Shown piece after piece: positions 1 to 9,253 of a stretch of 64,000 bases of DNA. The position numbers and the translations under genes were made by a program. The notes below the pieces were generated by a model. That model saw only the letters and a list, made by a program, of their open reading frames with translations, was not told the origin of the DNA and ran no database searches. Position 1 is the stretch's first letter. Each line of letters begins with the position of its first letter. The stretch comes from Dehalococcoidia bacterium (GTDB lineage: Bacteria > Chloroflexota > Dehalococcoidia > Lucifugimonadales > UBA3495), in assembly GCA_965237775.1 (NCBI GenBank), contig OZ250155.1, forward strand, positions 4,948,071 to 5,012,070, in the 5' to 3' direction.

Positions 1-2
1 AA

Positions 3-752
3 AAAACCTTCATCAGCGGCCACGGTGACCCCGATTACCTGTTCGGCCCCATTGTGACCGACCCGAACGCTCCCCGGCATCGGAACCTCGGGTACTTCCT
101 GATTCCGTGCCCCTCGCCAGGGCTGGAGCTTTCCCGGCTGAACCTGCTCACCGGCAACGACCAGAGCTTCATCTTTATGGACAACGTTCGCGTGCCCGGT
201 GACCACCTGATCGGCGGGGACCAAGAAGGCTGGCAGGTGACCCAGACTACCTTGGAGATCGAGCACGGCGGACGGGGCGCCGTCCTTCCCCGTGACGAGG
301 CGCTGGACAACCTGCTCCTGTACGTTCACGGCACCAGCAGCAACGGCGGTAAACTCGGCGAAGACCCCATCGTGCAGCAAGGCGCGATGGAGGCCTATAT
401 AGAGTCCCGTGTAAACGACCTGTTCTCCAAGCGAAACTACTGGATGTACCAGGCCCGACAGGAGATGACTTACCACGGCTCCCAGAGCGCCTTTTTCCGT
501 AAGATCTACCGGATGAGGAACGCCGACCGCTCCCGGGACATCATGGGCATGTACTCCCTACTGGGAGTCAATGACCCGCGGGCCCCCTTCGGCGGTCAGC
601 CGGAAGTCTACCAGCGCAGCAGCTTGACCGGAGCCCATCCCGGCGGCACTCTGGAAATCCAGAAGGTCATCATGGCCCGTCGGCTGGGCATCAGCCGGAC
701 GAGAGAGAGGGCCGCGGCCACTCCGTCCACTTCGGGCGTGTCTGGCGTCTAA
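3..752 (+). CDS. acyl-CoA dehydrogenase family protein (5' end lies outside window)
   Basis: The frame is open from the window edge. ACAD middle/C-terminal-like sequence is present (DNVRVPGDHLIGGDQEGWQVTQTTLEIEHGG; PGGTLEIQKVIMARRLGI). TAA stop at 750-752. Confidence 0.8.
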   Translation, partial: KTFISGHGDPDYLFGPIVTDPNAPRHRNLGYFLIPCPSPGLELSRLNLLTGNDQSFIFMDNVRVPGDHLIGGDQEGWQVTQTTLEIEHGGRGAVLPRDEALDNLLLYVHGTSSNGGKLGEDPIVQQGAMEAYIESRVNDLFSKRNYWMYQARQEMTYHGSQSAFFRKIYRMRNADRSRDIMGMYSLLGVNDPRAPFGGQPEVYQRSSLTGAHPGGTLEIQKVIMARRLGISRTRERAAATPSTSGVSGV

Positions 753-923
753 ACCGCCGCCTATACCCGGCAATGAGACCATTCTCCCGCGCCAGCACAG
801 GGCGTTAGCAACACTCATCAAAGACTGCGGGCGGTTCCTGCCCGCAGTTTTGGCGCACATCGTTAGAGGTCTACCATCGAGTTCGAAAAGAGTTACACGC
901 CGGCCCAGCAGGAGTTTCGTTGG

Positions 924-1688
924 GTGGTTCGCGGTTGGCTGGAGCAATACGTTCCCAGGGACCTGCGCATCCCGCCGCACGGAAGGCCGCTGGACGCCGA
1001 GACTCAGCTTCAGGTGAAGGACTTCAGGAGAATCCTAGGGGCTCAGGGTTGGTTGGCCCCGACCTGGCCTAGAGAGTACGGAGGGGGCGGGCTTAGCCCG
1101 GCGTTCGCCGAGGTAATTCAGGAAGAAATCCAGCAACTGACCCTCCCGTCGATGGGGGACAACAGCCGCTGGATTCCCGCCATGATGGCCTGGGGGACCG
1201 AAGAACAGAAACTCCGGTACGTCCTTCCTGCCCTGCGTGGTGAGACCATCACCTGGCAGGCCTTCAACGAGCCGCGAAGTGGGTCTGACCTCGCCTCCAT
1301 CGGCGCCCAGGCTGTATTAGAAGGTGACGAATACGTCATTTCCGGACAGAAGGCGTTCATCACCGGAAGATTCGACCCAGACTACCTTTGGACCCTGGCC
1401 GTCACCGACCCGGACCGTCCTCGCCGCCTGAACCTGGGCATCCTGATGGTGGACGCCACGTCTCCCGGCATATCCATCAGGACCCAACGAATGTTGGCGG
1501 GAAGCGAACGCACCGTGACCCTCGAAAACGTCCGAGCGCATAAGGATTGCCTTGTTGGGCTGCCTACCCAAGGATGGGAAATAGCCCAGACCATCCTGGA
1601 AGAAGAGCGCGGCGGATACGCCTTCCGCACCAACGAGGACGCCACTATTCAAAGCATCCGCCAGTTCCTCCAGCAGGAACGGGAGTAA
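924..1688 (+). CDS. acyl-CoA dehydrogenase N-terminal plus middle-domain protein, lacking the C-terminal helical domain (254 aa)
   Basis: GTG-start ORF with ACAD-like segments (WPREYGGGGLS, TWQAFNEPRSGSDLASI, GQKAFITG). It stops just after the beta-barrel region (..GWEIAQTILEEERGG..). ACAD-like residues (FEKSYTPAQQEFR) continue upstream to an in-frame TAG at 864-866 with no ATG/GTG/TTG, so the true start is uncertain. Confidence 0.6.
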   Translation: MVRGWLEQYVPRDLRIPPHGRPLDAETQLQVKDFRRILGAQGWLAPTWPREYGGGGLSPAFAEVIQEEIQQLTLPSMGDNSRWIPAMMAWGTEEQKLRYVLPALRGETITWQAFNEPRSGSDLASIGAQAVLEGDEYVISGQKAFITGRFDPDYLWTLAVTDPDRPRRLNLGILMVDATSPGISIRTQRMLAGSERTVTLENVRAHKDCLVGLPTQGWEIAQTILEEERGGYAFRTNEDATIQSIRQFLQQERE

Positions 1689-1738
1689 CCGGACCTTCTC
1701 GGGACCAGGTATCGTAAGGAACCAGCCCGGAGCGTGTT

Positions 1739-3004
1739 TTGGACTTTCGATACCATTTCTCCGCTGAACAGGAGCAGTTCCGCCAGGAAGTCCAGTCCTG
1801 GATATTGACCAATCTACCCCGCGAATCCGCCTCCCGGATTGCGTCCACAGCCACAGGACCCGACAACCCGGAGTCCTCACCTTCCATCCTCGCTCTCCTC
1901 GGGCCACACGGTTCCACCGAGGCGTCCGTAACTCCGGGACCGGAAAGCGGAGGGGTAGATGGAGACCTAGCCGTCGTCCTGATGCAAGAATTGGAACGGC
2001 ATGGGCTACTCTGGTTGGCGCGACAGAGCACGGGACTGCTCCAGGCGATCACGGACTACGGCGCAGCGGACCAACACGGCATGTTTCTTTCCGCCCTCAC
2101 CATGGGAGAGTTGGTGTGCTGGACCCCTTCACATAGTTCCGACGGCGCGGTGGACCCGGCGCGTACCCCAGTCGAGGCCATGCGCGATGGCGACGACTTC
2201 ATCCTGGACGGCACAGACCTGTTTCTTGGGCTGGGCGACTCCCCGGACTACCTTTGGGCGCCTGCGGTTAGTGACCCTGAGGGTCCATCCGCGGTCGTCT
2301 CCGTATTCCTTGTCGGGGCCAATCTGCACGGTGTGTCGGTCTCGACACCACGCCGGCTTACGTCCTCCCAACAACACCGGGTCGCCTTCGAAAATGTCCG
2401 CGTCCCCTCTTATTGTTTATTAGGACGCCAGGGTGACGGTTGGGTACTCAACTCTTTACTTCATGCCTCAGAGATGGACCCCCTTCCACCGGAGCCGAAT
2501 GACCCACGCGTGGACCAGCTCCTGAAGTATGCCGGCGAGACCGTCCGGGATGGAGAAACCCTTGCTGGCGAACCCAACCGCCAACAACTTTTGATGGAAG
2601 CCTACATAGACTCCCGGATCTCATTTCTGTTCCGCACACGCGACGCTTGGATGAGTGAGACCGGGCAGAACTTGACCTACCATGTGGCCCAAACCCGCCA
2701 ATGGGAACGCAAGACCTCCGAACGAATGGCCGAAGTTTCCCGGGTTGTCGTGGGGATGTACGCAATGCTTGACTCTGAGGACCCACGCGCACCGTCCCAA
2801 GGGAGCTTCGAATACCTACAGCGACTTGGGGTAGCTGAAGAACCTCCGGAGTCGGCCGTCGCCGGAGACGCAGCGCTCATAGCCAACGCGCTGGGATTGG
2901 CGGGGCCGCCCTTGGAGGCCGTCAGCGAGACCCAACCCTTGGACCAAGATCAAACCGGCGAGCATTCGCCACCTATTGCGAAGCTTTCCTCGCCCGCCCG
3001 GTAG
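1739..3004 (+). CDS. divergent acyl-CoA dehydrogenase-like protein (421 aa)
   Basis: TTG-start ORF. The N-terminus (FSAEQEQFRQEVQSWI) and C-terminal half (EAYIDSRISFLFRTRDAWM, LTYHVAQTRQWE, DPRAPSQGSFEYLQR) parallel the ACAD at 3-752. TAG stop. Confidence 0.6.
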   Translation: MDFRYHFSAEQEQFRQEVQSWILTNLPRESASRIASTATGPDNPESSPSILALLGPHGSTEASVTPGPESGGVDGDLAVVLMQELERHGLLWLARQSTGLLQAITDYGAADQHGMFLSALTMGELVCWTPSHSSDGAVDPARTPVEAMRDGDDFILDGTDLFLGLGDSPDYLWAPAVSDPEGPSAVVSVFLVGANLHGVSVSTPRRLTSSQQHRVAFENVRVPSYCLLGRQGDGWVLNSLLHASEMDPLPPEPNDPRVDQLLKYAGETVRDGETLAGEPNRQQLLMEAYIDSRISFLFRTRDAWMSETGQNLTYHVAQTRQWERKTSERMAEVSRVVVGMYAMLDSEDPRAPSQGSFEYLQRLGVAEEPPESAVAGDAALIANALGLAGPPLEAVSETQPLDQDQTGEHSPPIAKLSSPAR

Positions 3005-3073
3005 CGAATAGATGCGATACAAGTGGCAACCGGACAAGCCTCATCCAACGATAGACCACCGAAGGAGAATGTA

Positions 3074-4210
3074 ATGGACCTGGCCTTGACTGAAATTCAG
3101 ACCCTTTTGCAGAACTCGGCGAGGGAGTTCCTGGAAGCTGAGATGCCCAAGTCCCGAGTGCTGGAGATCGACGACAGCGAAAGCGGTTTCGCCGTCGAAA
3201 TCTGGGAGATGATGTGCGAAATCGGCTGGGCCGGCATGGTGATCCCGGAAGAGTACGGCGGTTCCGGGAACACATTCACCGACCTGGGCATCGTCCAGGA
3301 ATTGATGGGCTTCTACGCCTGTCCCAGCCCGCTTCTGTCGTCGGCGGTGCTGTGTTCCCAGGCCATCCTAGAGGCAGGCGACGATGCGCAGAAGCAAGCC
3401 CTATTGCCGTCCATCGCGTCTGGTCAACAAATTTTCGCCTTTGCCTTCACTGAACCCGACTACGGTTGGGGCCCCGGCACGGTCCAGCTCCCCGCCAGCC
3501 GGAGCAACGGCAACTTCGTGCTCAACGGGAGCAAGCTGTTCATCCCTGACGCCAACGTGGCAGACCAGTTGGTGGTAGTCGCCCGCACTTCTTCCGGCGA
3601 CCGACCGGACCAGGGCGTTACCATGATGGTGGTGGACAAAGACTCCCCCGGCATCTCAGTACGAGTCCAGACAGGCTGGATCGGCCCCAAGGTCTGCGAG
3701 GTCGACTTCTCCAATGTGGAAGTCCCTGAAGCCAACGTCCTCGGCCCGGTTGGCGGAGCATGGCCCGCCATCGACACCGCCATGGAGCGGGCCACGGGAG
3801 CGCTCTGCGCCTACATGGCGGGCGGCACCGAGAGAGTGTTCGAAATGGCCCAGGAGTACAGCCAGACCAGGATTGCATTCGGCGTGCCCATCGGGACCTT
3901 CCAGAGGGTCCAGGACCACGTGATCGACGCCCTGAACGACGCCGACGCCGCGAAATGGTCTGCCTTCGACGCCCTTTCCCAGATGGACGATGGAGACCCA
4001 GGCGCGGGCGTGGCTGTTTCGATGGCTAAAGCCGTAGTCAGCGACGGCTTCCCAAGGGCCTGCGACTCTTCCCATCATGTCCACGGAGGCATAGGCACCG
4101 ACCTGGAGTTCGGACTTACCCAATACACCAAGCGGGCCAGGACCCTGCAGCACTACCTAGGCGACGCCATCTTCCACAAGGCGAGGATGGCCCGCCTAAT
4201 GGCTATCTAA
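3074..4210 (+). CDS. acyl-CoA dehydrogenase
   Basis: ATG at 3074 is preceded by GAAGGAG; the ORF track starts at 3023. Classic ACAD segments are present: PEEYGGSG, AFAFTEPDYGWG, NGSKLFI, RIAFGVPIGTFQRVQDHV, HGGIGTDLEF. Confidence 0.85.
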   Translation: MDLALTEIQTLLQNSAREFLEAEMPKSRVLEIDDSESGFAVEIWEMMCEIGWAGMVIPEEYGGSGNTFTDLGIVQELMGFYACPSPLLSSAVLCSQAILEAGDDAQKQALLPSIASGQQIFAFAFTEPDYGWGPGTVQLPASRSNGNFVLNGSKLFIPDANVADQLVVVARTSSGDRPDQGVTMMVVDKDSPGISVRVQTGWIGPKVCEVDFSNVEVPEANVLGPVGGAWPAIDTAMERATGALCAYMAGGTERVFEMAQEYSQTRIAFGVPIGTFQRVQDHVIDALNDADAAKWSAFDALSQMDDGDPGAGVAVSMAKAVVSDGFPRACDSSHHVHGGIGTDLEFGLTQYTKRARTLQHYLGDAIFHKARMARLMAI

Positions 4211-4230
4211 CCCACCAGGAAACAGTAAGA

Positions 4231-4266
4231 CCCGGCGGCCATCGTGACGGCCGCCGGGCCTTTGCT
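4231..4266 (+). terminator. GC-rich hairpin, putative intrinsic terminator between convergent genes
   Basis: 10-bp stem CCCGGCGGCC/GGCCGCCGGG with an 8-nt loop, followed by CCTTTGCTTG. It lies 21 nt after the ACAD stop. Confidence 0.45.
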
Positions 4267-4429
4267 TGTCCGGGGGTTTCTGCAAATCTCAGATTAAAGG
4301 TCTTGAATCCGTATGAACTGGTTCCCTTCACGGGTCCTGATTTCTATTCCGTCCGGCATAACAGCACATACGCCATGTCCTAGGGCAGCTAACATATCGG
4401 ATCGAAGCAGACGACCTATGCAATCGAAT

Positions 4430-5861
4430 GTAACTGTTCAGAGTTGAGGGGATGGATTAGTTAAAACTTGCTTGGGAAGTTCGGTGCGTCGGGTCGTCGG
4501 TTATGTTAAATCAGGAGGATGGAGAACAAGGTAGACCTGAGGACGGCCAGCCGGGAGGCGCTGTTGGCGGTGATTGCGCGGCAGCAGGCGGTCATCGACG
4601 AGTTGCAGCGGCGGATAGCGGCGTTGGAAGGGGGTCTCAAGGGCAAAGGGCGGCCCGGAATGCCGGGCAACAAACCGGGTGCAAAGTCAGAGCCGGCCGA
4701 GAAGAAGGAGCCAAGAAAGCCCCGGCCCCACGGCTTTAGCCGTCGGCGCACGGTGGCGGCTCACCAGGTGGAACATGTCTTGGACTCCTGTCCGGAGTGT
4801 GGCACCGGGTTGGTTGGGGGTTGGCCGCAGCGGACTCGGGAAGTCATCGATATCCCAGTGGCTCCGGTGGAGGTCACGGAGCACGTTTTCGTGACCCGGG
4901 TCTGCCCAGTATGTGAACGGCGCCGGACCCCCAAGACGGACTTGGGCGGTGGGGTAATCGGTCGGGGACGGTTGGGAGCCAACTTGGTCTCATTGATCGC
5001 TGGCCTGCGGGAAGAGGGCCGGTTGCCCCTTCGGACCATCCAATGGTATCTGGAGACCGTCCACCAGTTGCGCTTGAGCGTTGGGGGAATCACCCAGGTC
5101 CTCCACGGCGTGGCCCGGCAAGCCCAACCGGCGGTGGCCGAGGTGCTGGAACTAGTCCGGACCAGCCAGGTGGTGCACGCCGACGAGACCGGCTGGCGCC
5201 AGGAGGGGGCCAATGGCTATGTCTGGACCTTCTCCACTCCCACTGAGCGGTACTTCCTGCGCCGAGGCCGGAATAAGGAGGTGGTGGACGAGGCGCTGGG
5301 GGAGTCCTTCAGCGGGGTGTTGGTCAGCGATTTCTACGCTGCCTATAACCACTACCCTGGCCTGAAGCAGCGGTGTTGGGCTCATCTGCTCCGGGACATC
5401 CATGACCTGAAGGCCCTCTACCCAGCAGACGCCAAGCTGGCCGGATGGGCGGCGGCAGTGCATGACCTCTACGCCCAGGCCAAGCGGTTCTCCCATCCTC
5501 AGGCAAGGAAACGCCGTCAGGCCCAACTGGAGTTGGAGCGGAAATTGTTGGCCTGCTGCCGACCCTTCCTTGATGACCCAGGGGCAGTCCAGGCCAAGCT
5601 CTGCCGGCGCATCCAGCGCTTCATCAAGGAGTTGTTCGTATTCGTAGCCGAACCGGCCGTCCCCTCGGAGAACAACGCCGCCGAGAGGAGCCTTCGTCAC
5701 CTGGTGACCAGCCGCAAGATCAGCGGCGGCACCCGCTCAACCCAGGGCACCAACACCAAGATGGCTCTCGCTTCCCTCTTCGGTACCTGGCGCGCCCGAG
5801 GATTGAATCCCCTCACCGCATGCCGCCAGTTGCTCACTTCCCCTCAACTCTGAACACTTAC
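4430..5861 (+). mobile_element. IS66-family insertion sequence, single-ORF ISBst12-like type, copy 1
   Basis: 1,432 bp. Terminal inverted repeats are GTAACTGTTCAGAGTTGAGGGGA (left) and GTAAGTGTTCAGAGTTGAGGGGA (right, reverse complement), matching 22/23. It is flanked by a perfect 8-bp direct repeat AATCGAAT (4422-4429 and 5862-5869). Confidence 0.85.
4519..5853 (+). CDS. IS66 family transposase
   Basis: 444-aa ORF with an N-terminal coiled-coil/leucine-zipper-like region, a CPECG..CPVC zinc-finger-like segment, and DDE-region motifs (VVHADETGWR, SDFYAAYN, QRCWAHLLRD, NNAAERSLR). Confidence 0.9.
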   Translation: MENKVDLRTASREALLAVIARQQAVIDELQRRIAALEGGLKGKGRPGMPGNKPGAKSEPAEKKEPRKPRPHGFSRRRTVAAHQVEHVLDSCPECGTGLVGGWPQRTREVIDIPVAPVEVTEHVFVTRVCPVCERRRTPKTDLGGGVIGRGRLGANLVSLIAGLREEGRLPLRTIQWYLETVHQLRLSVGGITQVLHGVARQAQPAVAEVLELVRTSQVVHADETGWRQEGANGYVWTFSTPTERYFLRRGRNKEVVDEALGESFSGVLVSDFYAAYNHYPGLKQRCWAHLLRDIHDLKALYPADAKLAGWAAAVHDLYAQAKRFSHPQARKRRQAQLELERKLLACCRPFLDDPGAVQAKLCRRIQRFIKELFVFVAEPAVPSENNAAERSLRHLVTSRKISGGTRSTQGTNTKMALASLFGTWRARGLNPLTACRQLLTSPQL

Positions 5862-6129
5862 AATCGAATGTCTCTTGCAATAGCAGGTCGCGGTCTTCAA
5901 ACCGTTGGGGTATGTACAAAACACCCTGGTTGATGGCACATAGGCGCCGCTCTGGAAACCCTCGGTCACGAGTCACGATGGTGCGCTCTTCAGAATTCGC
6001 CATCGCAACAATGGCCGCGTCTCCAGGGTCAGGGTCATTCGAAACAGCTTGAACGTCTGACGGTCCAATGCTGCGCAACAGGGTGATTACTCTGCTCCCA
6101 AGGTTGTTTTCACAAAGGAACCGCATCGA

Positions 6130-6393
6130 TTACTCTTCGTGTTCAACCAGATGAAAGTCACATACCAACGCCGCAAATCCCAGGCAGTGTTCAACGTCCG
6201 TTTCCGTGATGCCAAAGTCCGCTATCGGGTCATCATGAGTCGCTAAGTATCTCAGCACGAGCGCGACGGGAATCCTGGTCTCTGCTAAGCAAGGCTTTCC
6301 ATTGAGTGTCGCAAGGTTCGTGGTCACCGCAGGCTGAGAATTCGAACTCTCCGCGTACACATTGGATATCGGCTTCGTATCTGGCCCACACAT
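6130..6393 (-). CDS. DUF433-type antitoxin-like protein
   Basis: The C-terminal part (LNGKPCLAETRIPVALVLRYLATHDDPIADFGITETDVEHCLGFAA) matches the DUF433 pattern. Its stop lies 3 nt upstream of the toxin start at 6126. The ORF is open up to 6582, and the start was chosen at the internal ATG (MCGPD..), so it is uncertain. Confidence 0.55.
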   Translation of the reverse strand: MCGPDTKPISNVYAESSNSQPAVTTNLATLNGKPCLAETRIPVALVLRYLATHDDPIADFGITETDVEHCLGFAALVCDFHLVEHEE

Positions 6394-6776
6394 TACCGGG
6401 CGTTTCGATCTCAAAGCAGCGCGGCGCCGGACACCTAAATGCGAACGAGCCATCTCCTCACCCTGGTCGAGAGCGAACACTTGCGTCCTTCGACGAGGCC
6501 AATCATTACCCTTTAATCTCTCGGCTAGCCTCTGTTTCTTCAGTCGTTTCGAGAACACTACCATGTCAGGTTCTCCACTCAATCCTTAATTTGACCTTGC
6601 CCGTGTATCGTGAATTGCCAATCTACTCTCTAATGTTAACCATTTCTACAAGCCTGTGGGTTGGGTAGATTGGATTACACCATGAATTGGACGATTCGAG
6701 GGGTGAGTGGATCTGCAGCCCTCATTGGCCGACAGGTGACGAGCGGGCGTGGGTGACGGGCGCTACCCGGTGTGTC

Positions 6777-7664
6777 TTAGGGTCTTCCTGGGGAGTCGAA
6801 ACCCTGTTCCAAGTCCGTTAAAAAGTCCTCGACGTTGGGGGAGAGGGGACTTGAAGATTGGTTCTCTTCTCGTTGCTCGCGGTCATATCGCTCTTCCAGC
6901 CGCTCCAGCAGGGAGGACACTTCGGAGGCGTCGTTGACTATGTTCTGCAAGGCGTCGTACTGCTGGCGCCCACGCTCCCCTTCCTTCAGCCGGTCGGGGA
7001 GATTGTACAGGCTGCAGAGCACTTCCATGAGACGGCTGGTGCCGGTGAAGTCCTCATCCACCTGGAAATACTGGGGCAGGTGGACTATGAAGGCCCGGGT
7101 TTCCGCGCCCATCTGCTCGGCCTGCTGAGAGATCAGGTAGGTGATGCTGGTAGGCCCCTCGTAGTTGCTGGGACGGGCGCCAACCAGCCGGTGCTCTTCT
7201 TCCGCCTCGGGTTGGTCCGACGCGCCCGACACCAGAAGAGGGCGAGTATGTGGGACCATATCGTACATCGCGCCGATCAGCGAATAACGTTTGGTCCCCA
7301 GTAGCTTCAGGACTTCCACCACGGAGTCTGTGTAGTCTTCACCATAAACATGCGGCTCCAGAAGGTGGGCGAACACCAGGTCAGGGCCCTCCTCGCGCAC
7401 CGCGTAGCGGAAGATGGTGCTTGGGATGGAATAGCCCCGCTTGCCCTGGTCGATGTAGGAGCGGGGACGGTACCGGGTGAAGTCATAGAACCGCCCTGGC
7501 TTAACAAGACGTCCAAGCTCCTTGGCCCGCAGGTGCCTTTCGATCCGGTCCAAGCTCAAGGTGCCAACGTTGCCCACGTCGATCCAGGGCCTCAGCACAG
7601 CCAAAACGTGGGGATCTTTCAGCTCGGGTAACGGCTCTTCGAGCGAAAAATGATCGGTCAACAT
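6777..7664 (-). CDS. PAC2 (proteasome assembly chaperone-like) family protein
   Basis: Family-typical sequence: LAVLRPWIDVGNVGTLSLDRIE, YDFTRYRPR, EPHVYGEDYTDSVVEVL, IGAMYDMVPHTRP, YEGPTSITYL, with a C-terminal acidic tail. The start was taken at MLTDHF (7664); the ORF is open to 7715. Confidence 0.7.
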   Translation of the reverse strand: MLTDHFSLEEPLPELKDPHVLAVLRPWIDVGNVGTLSLDRIERHLRAKELGRLVKPGRFYDFTRYRPRSYIDQGKRGYSIPSTIFRYAVREEGPDLVFAHLLEPHVYGEDYTDSVVEVLKLLGTKRYSLIGAMYDMVPHTRPLLVSGASDQPEAEEEHRLVGARPSNYEGPTSITYLISQQAEQMGAETRAFIVHLPQYFQVDEDFTGTSRLMEVLCSLYNLPDRLKEGERGRQQYDALQNIVNDASEVSSLLERLEERYDREQREENQSSSPLSPNVEDFLTDLEQGFDSPGRP

Positions 7665-7759
7665 AGCTCCAGTCTGACAGTGTGGATAGGCGTTTACAAG
7701 GGCCTGGGAGCCCATCTAACGGCCATTTGATCGGACGCCTAACCTGGGGAAAGTTGGGG

Positions 7760-7981
7760 CTACTCTTGCTGCCAATACCAGCCGCGGCCACGGCAATTCG
7801 GGCAGAGTTGAATCCCCGTGCCTTCGCACCGCCGACATTCCTCCCACCTCCCGTTGCGCTTGGTCAGGTCCCAGTGTTCATCATCCCTCACGTATACGTG
7901 GCCCTGGTCGCAGGAAGGATTTAGGCACGCCGTCGAACCCTCACCCACGCAGTCCTGGCAGGGCTCCCTAATCATCGCCAT
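7760..7981 (-). CDS. small Cys-rich protein with DnaJ-type CxxCxGxG zinc-finger repeats
   Basis: 73-aa ORF containing CQDCVGEG, CRRCEGTG and CPNCRGRG. Confidence 0.45.
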   Translation of the reverse strand: MAMIREPCQDCVGEGSTACLNPSCDQGHVYVRDDEHWDLTKRNGRWEECRRCEGTGIQLCPNCRGRGWYWQQE

Positions 7982-8022
7982 GCCAATGCCTCATCCAATG
8001 GCCGGGTCTCCGGGAGCCATTC

Positions 8023-9204
8023 CTAGCAATTCCCCATCTGCACCAATTGGCCTTCCCGCCAAGCCACCGCACCGGCGCGCACCGACATGAAGGTGTCCAG
8101 CCGGACCTTGCCGTCAACGGTGTGGCCGGCGCTGTCAAACCAAACGAACCTGCCCTCCCGCAGATCGTACACCGCCGCATCCCCTGACATGCCCGGCGAA
8201 AGCGATCCAATCTCACCTTCTATGCCCAGGACCTTGGCCGGACGGCTGGTGCTGGCCGCTACGGCATCACCCAGCGGCATCCCAAGGGCGTGGAACTGGC
8301 TAACAAGGTCGTTCATCAAATAGACCGTGCGCCCTGGCGGGGCGATGTGAATATCAGTGCTAATCGTATCTGGGAAGAACTCCTGGGCAATGGAAGCCTT
8401 TACCACCTCCGAGTCGCAGTGGACCCCCGCGTGGGCAACGTCCATGATTACGCCCCGGTCCGCGGCTTCCTTCACCTGTGGACGGATCTTGCCCTGGTTG
8501 TCCAATATCCCCTCAGGATTGCCGTTGAACGCATGGGTAACAATATCTCCAGGCCCCAGGAACTCCAGGATGTCCGGAAGGGGAATTGGCGTCCCGCTAA
8601 CGTGAACCATCAGCATACTGCCGGACTGGTCGGCGGCTTCCCTCGCCTTGCGCATAGCCTCGTGTGCGTTCCACGCCGCCACCGCATTTATGTGCATCCT
8701 GACCTTCACGCCGAAGCAAAATCCGGGGTTCTCTTTAATGGCGTCAGAGGTCTGGTCGACGTCGATTATCCTAAGGTCATGGAGCCCGCCGCCCAGCAGA
8801 CGGTTTGCCGCTAGCCCCACTCCGCCTATGTGCAAGAATGCGAGTAACCGGGTCCTGTGCGCCGGAAATACGTAGTCCCGCATCGCCCCGTAGTTCAGGC
8901 ATCCGGCGCTTCCCGCGTCAACGCCAGTTGTGCACCCAGCTGAGAGGCACATCTCGTCGGCGTGGACCGCGGTGCCGTTCCCCCCGTGGTAAAAGTGGCC
9001 GTGCAGGTCTATCAGCCCGGGAGTAATCAGCTTCCCGGTCACATCCACCGTGGAAAGGGCCGTTTCCGAGTCGATGCGCTCGGCAACCGCCGACACTACG
9101 CCATCCTTGAAGGCCACGTCACGCCGGTCGTGAATTCCCTGGGCCGGGTCGAGCAGCGTACCCCCAGTCAGCACAAGGTCATGGGCTACAGGTGTCGTGG
9201 TCAC
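8023..9204 (-). CDS. amidohydrolase/deacetylase-family metallohydrolase
   Basis: The N-terminus (DLVLTGGTLLDPAQG..DVAFKDGVVSAV..TPGLIDLHGHFYHGG) carries the HxH metal motif. It is followed by MVHVSG and HAFNG segments typical of the amidohydrolase superfamily. Confidence 0.8.
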   Translation of the reverse strand: MTTTPVAHDLVLTGGTLLDPAQGIHDRRDVAFKDGVVSAVAERIDSETALSTVDVTGKLITPGLIDLHGHFYHGGNGTAVHADEMCLSAGCTTGVDAGSAGCLNYGAMRDYVFPAHRTRLLAFLHIGGVGLAANRLLGGGLHDLRIIDVDQTSDAIKENPGFCFGVKVRMHINAVAAWNAHEAMRKAREAADQSGSMLMVHVSGTPIPLPDILEFLGPGDIVTHAFNGNPEGILDNQGKIRPQVKEAADRGVIMDVAHAGVHCDSEVVKASIAQEFFPDTISTDIHIAPPGRTVYLMNDLVSQFHALGMPLGDAVAASTSRPAKVLGIEGEIGSLSPGMSGDAAVYDLREGRFVWFDSAGHTVDGKVRLDTFMSVRAGAVAWREGQLVQMGNC

Positions 9205-9253
9205 GGCTCACCCTCCGAATGCGAGATTTACCAGTCTAAGACCGGCGTTCGAA

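Larger units (their letters stand above)
4294..6126 (-). pseudogene. PIN-like (DUF5615-type) toxin gene interrupted by IS66-family copy 1
   Basis: The ORF from 6126 reads MRFLCENNLGSRVITLLRSIG..AIVAMANSEERTIVTRDRGF..LLLQETFD, then runs into the IS. Removing 4430-5861 plus one copy of the 8-bp duplication restores an open frame (..ETFDCIGRLLRSDML..GIEIRTREGNQFIRIQDL*) ending at 4294-4296. The reconstructed product is 130 aa. Confidence 0.6.
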
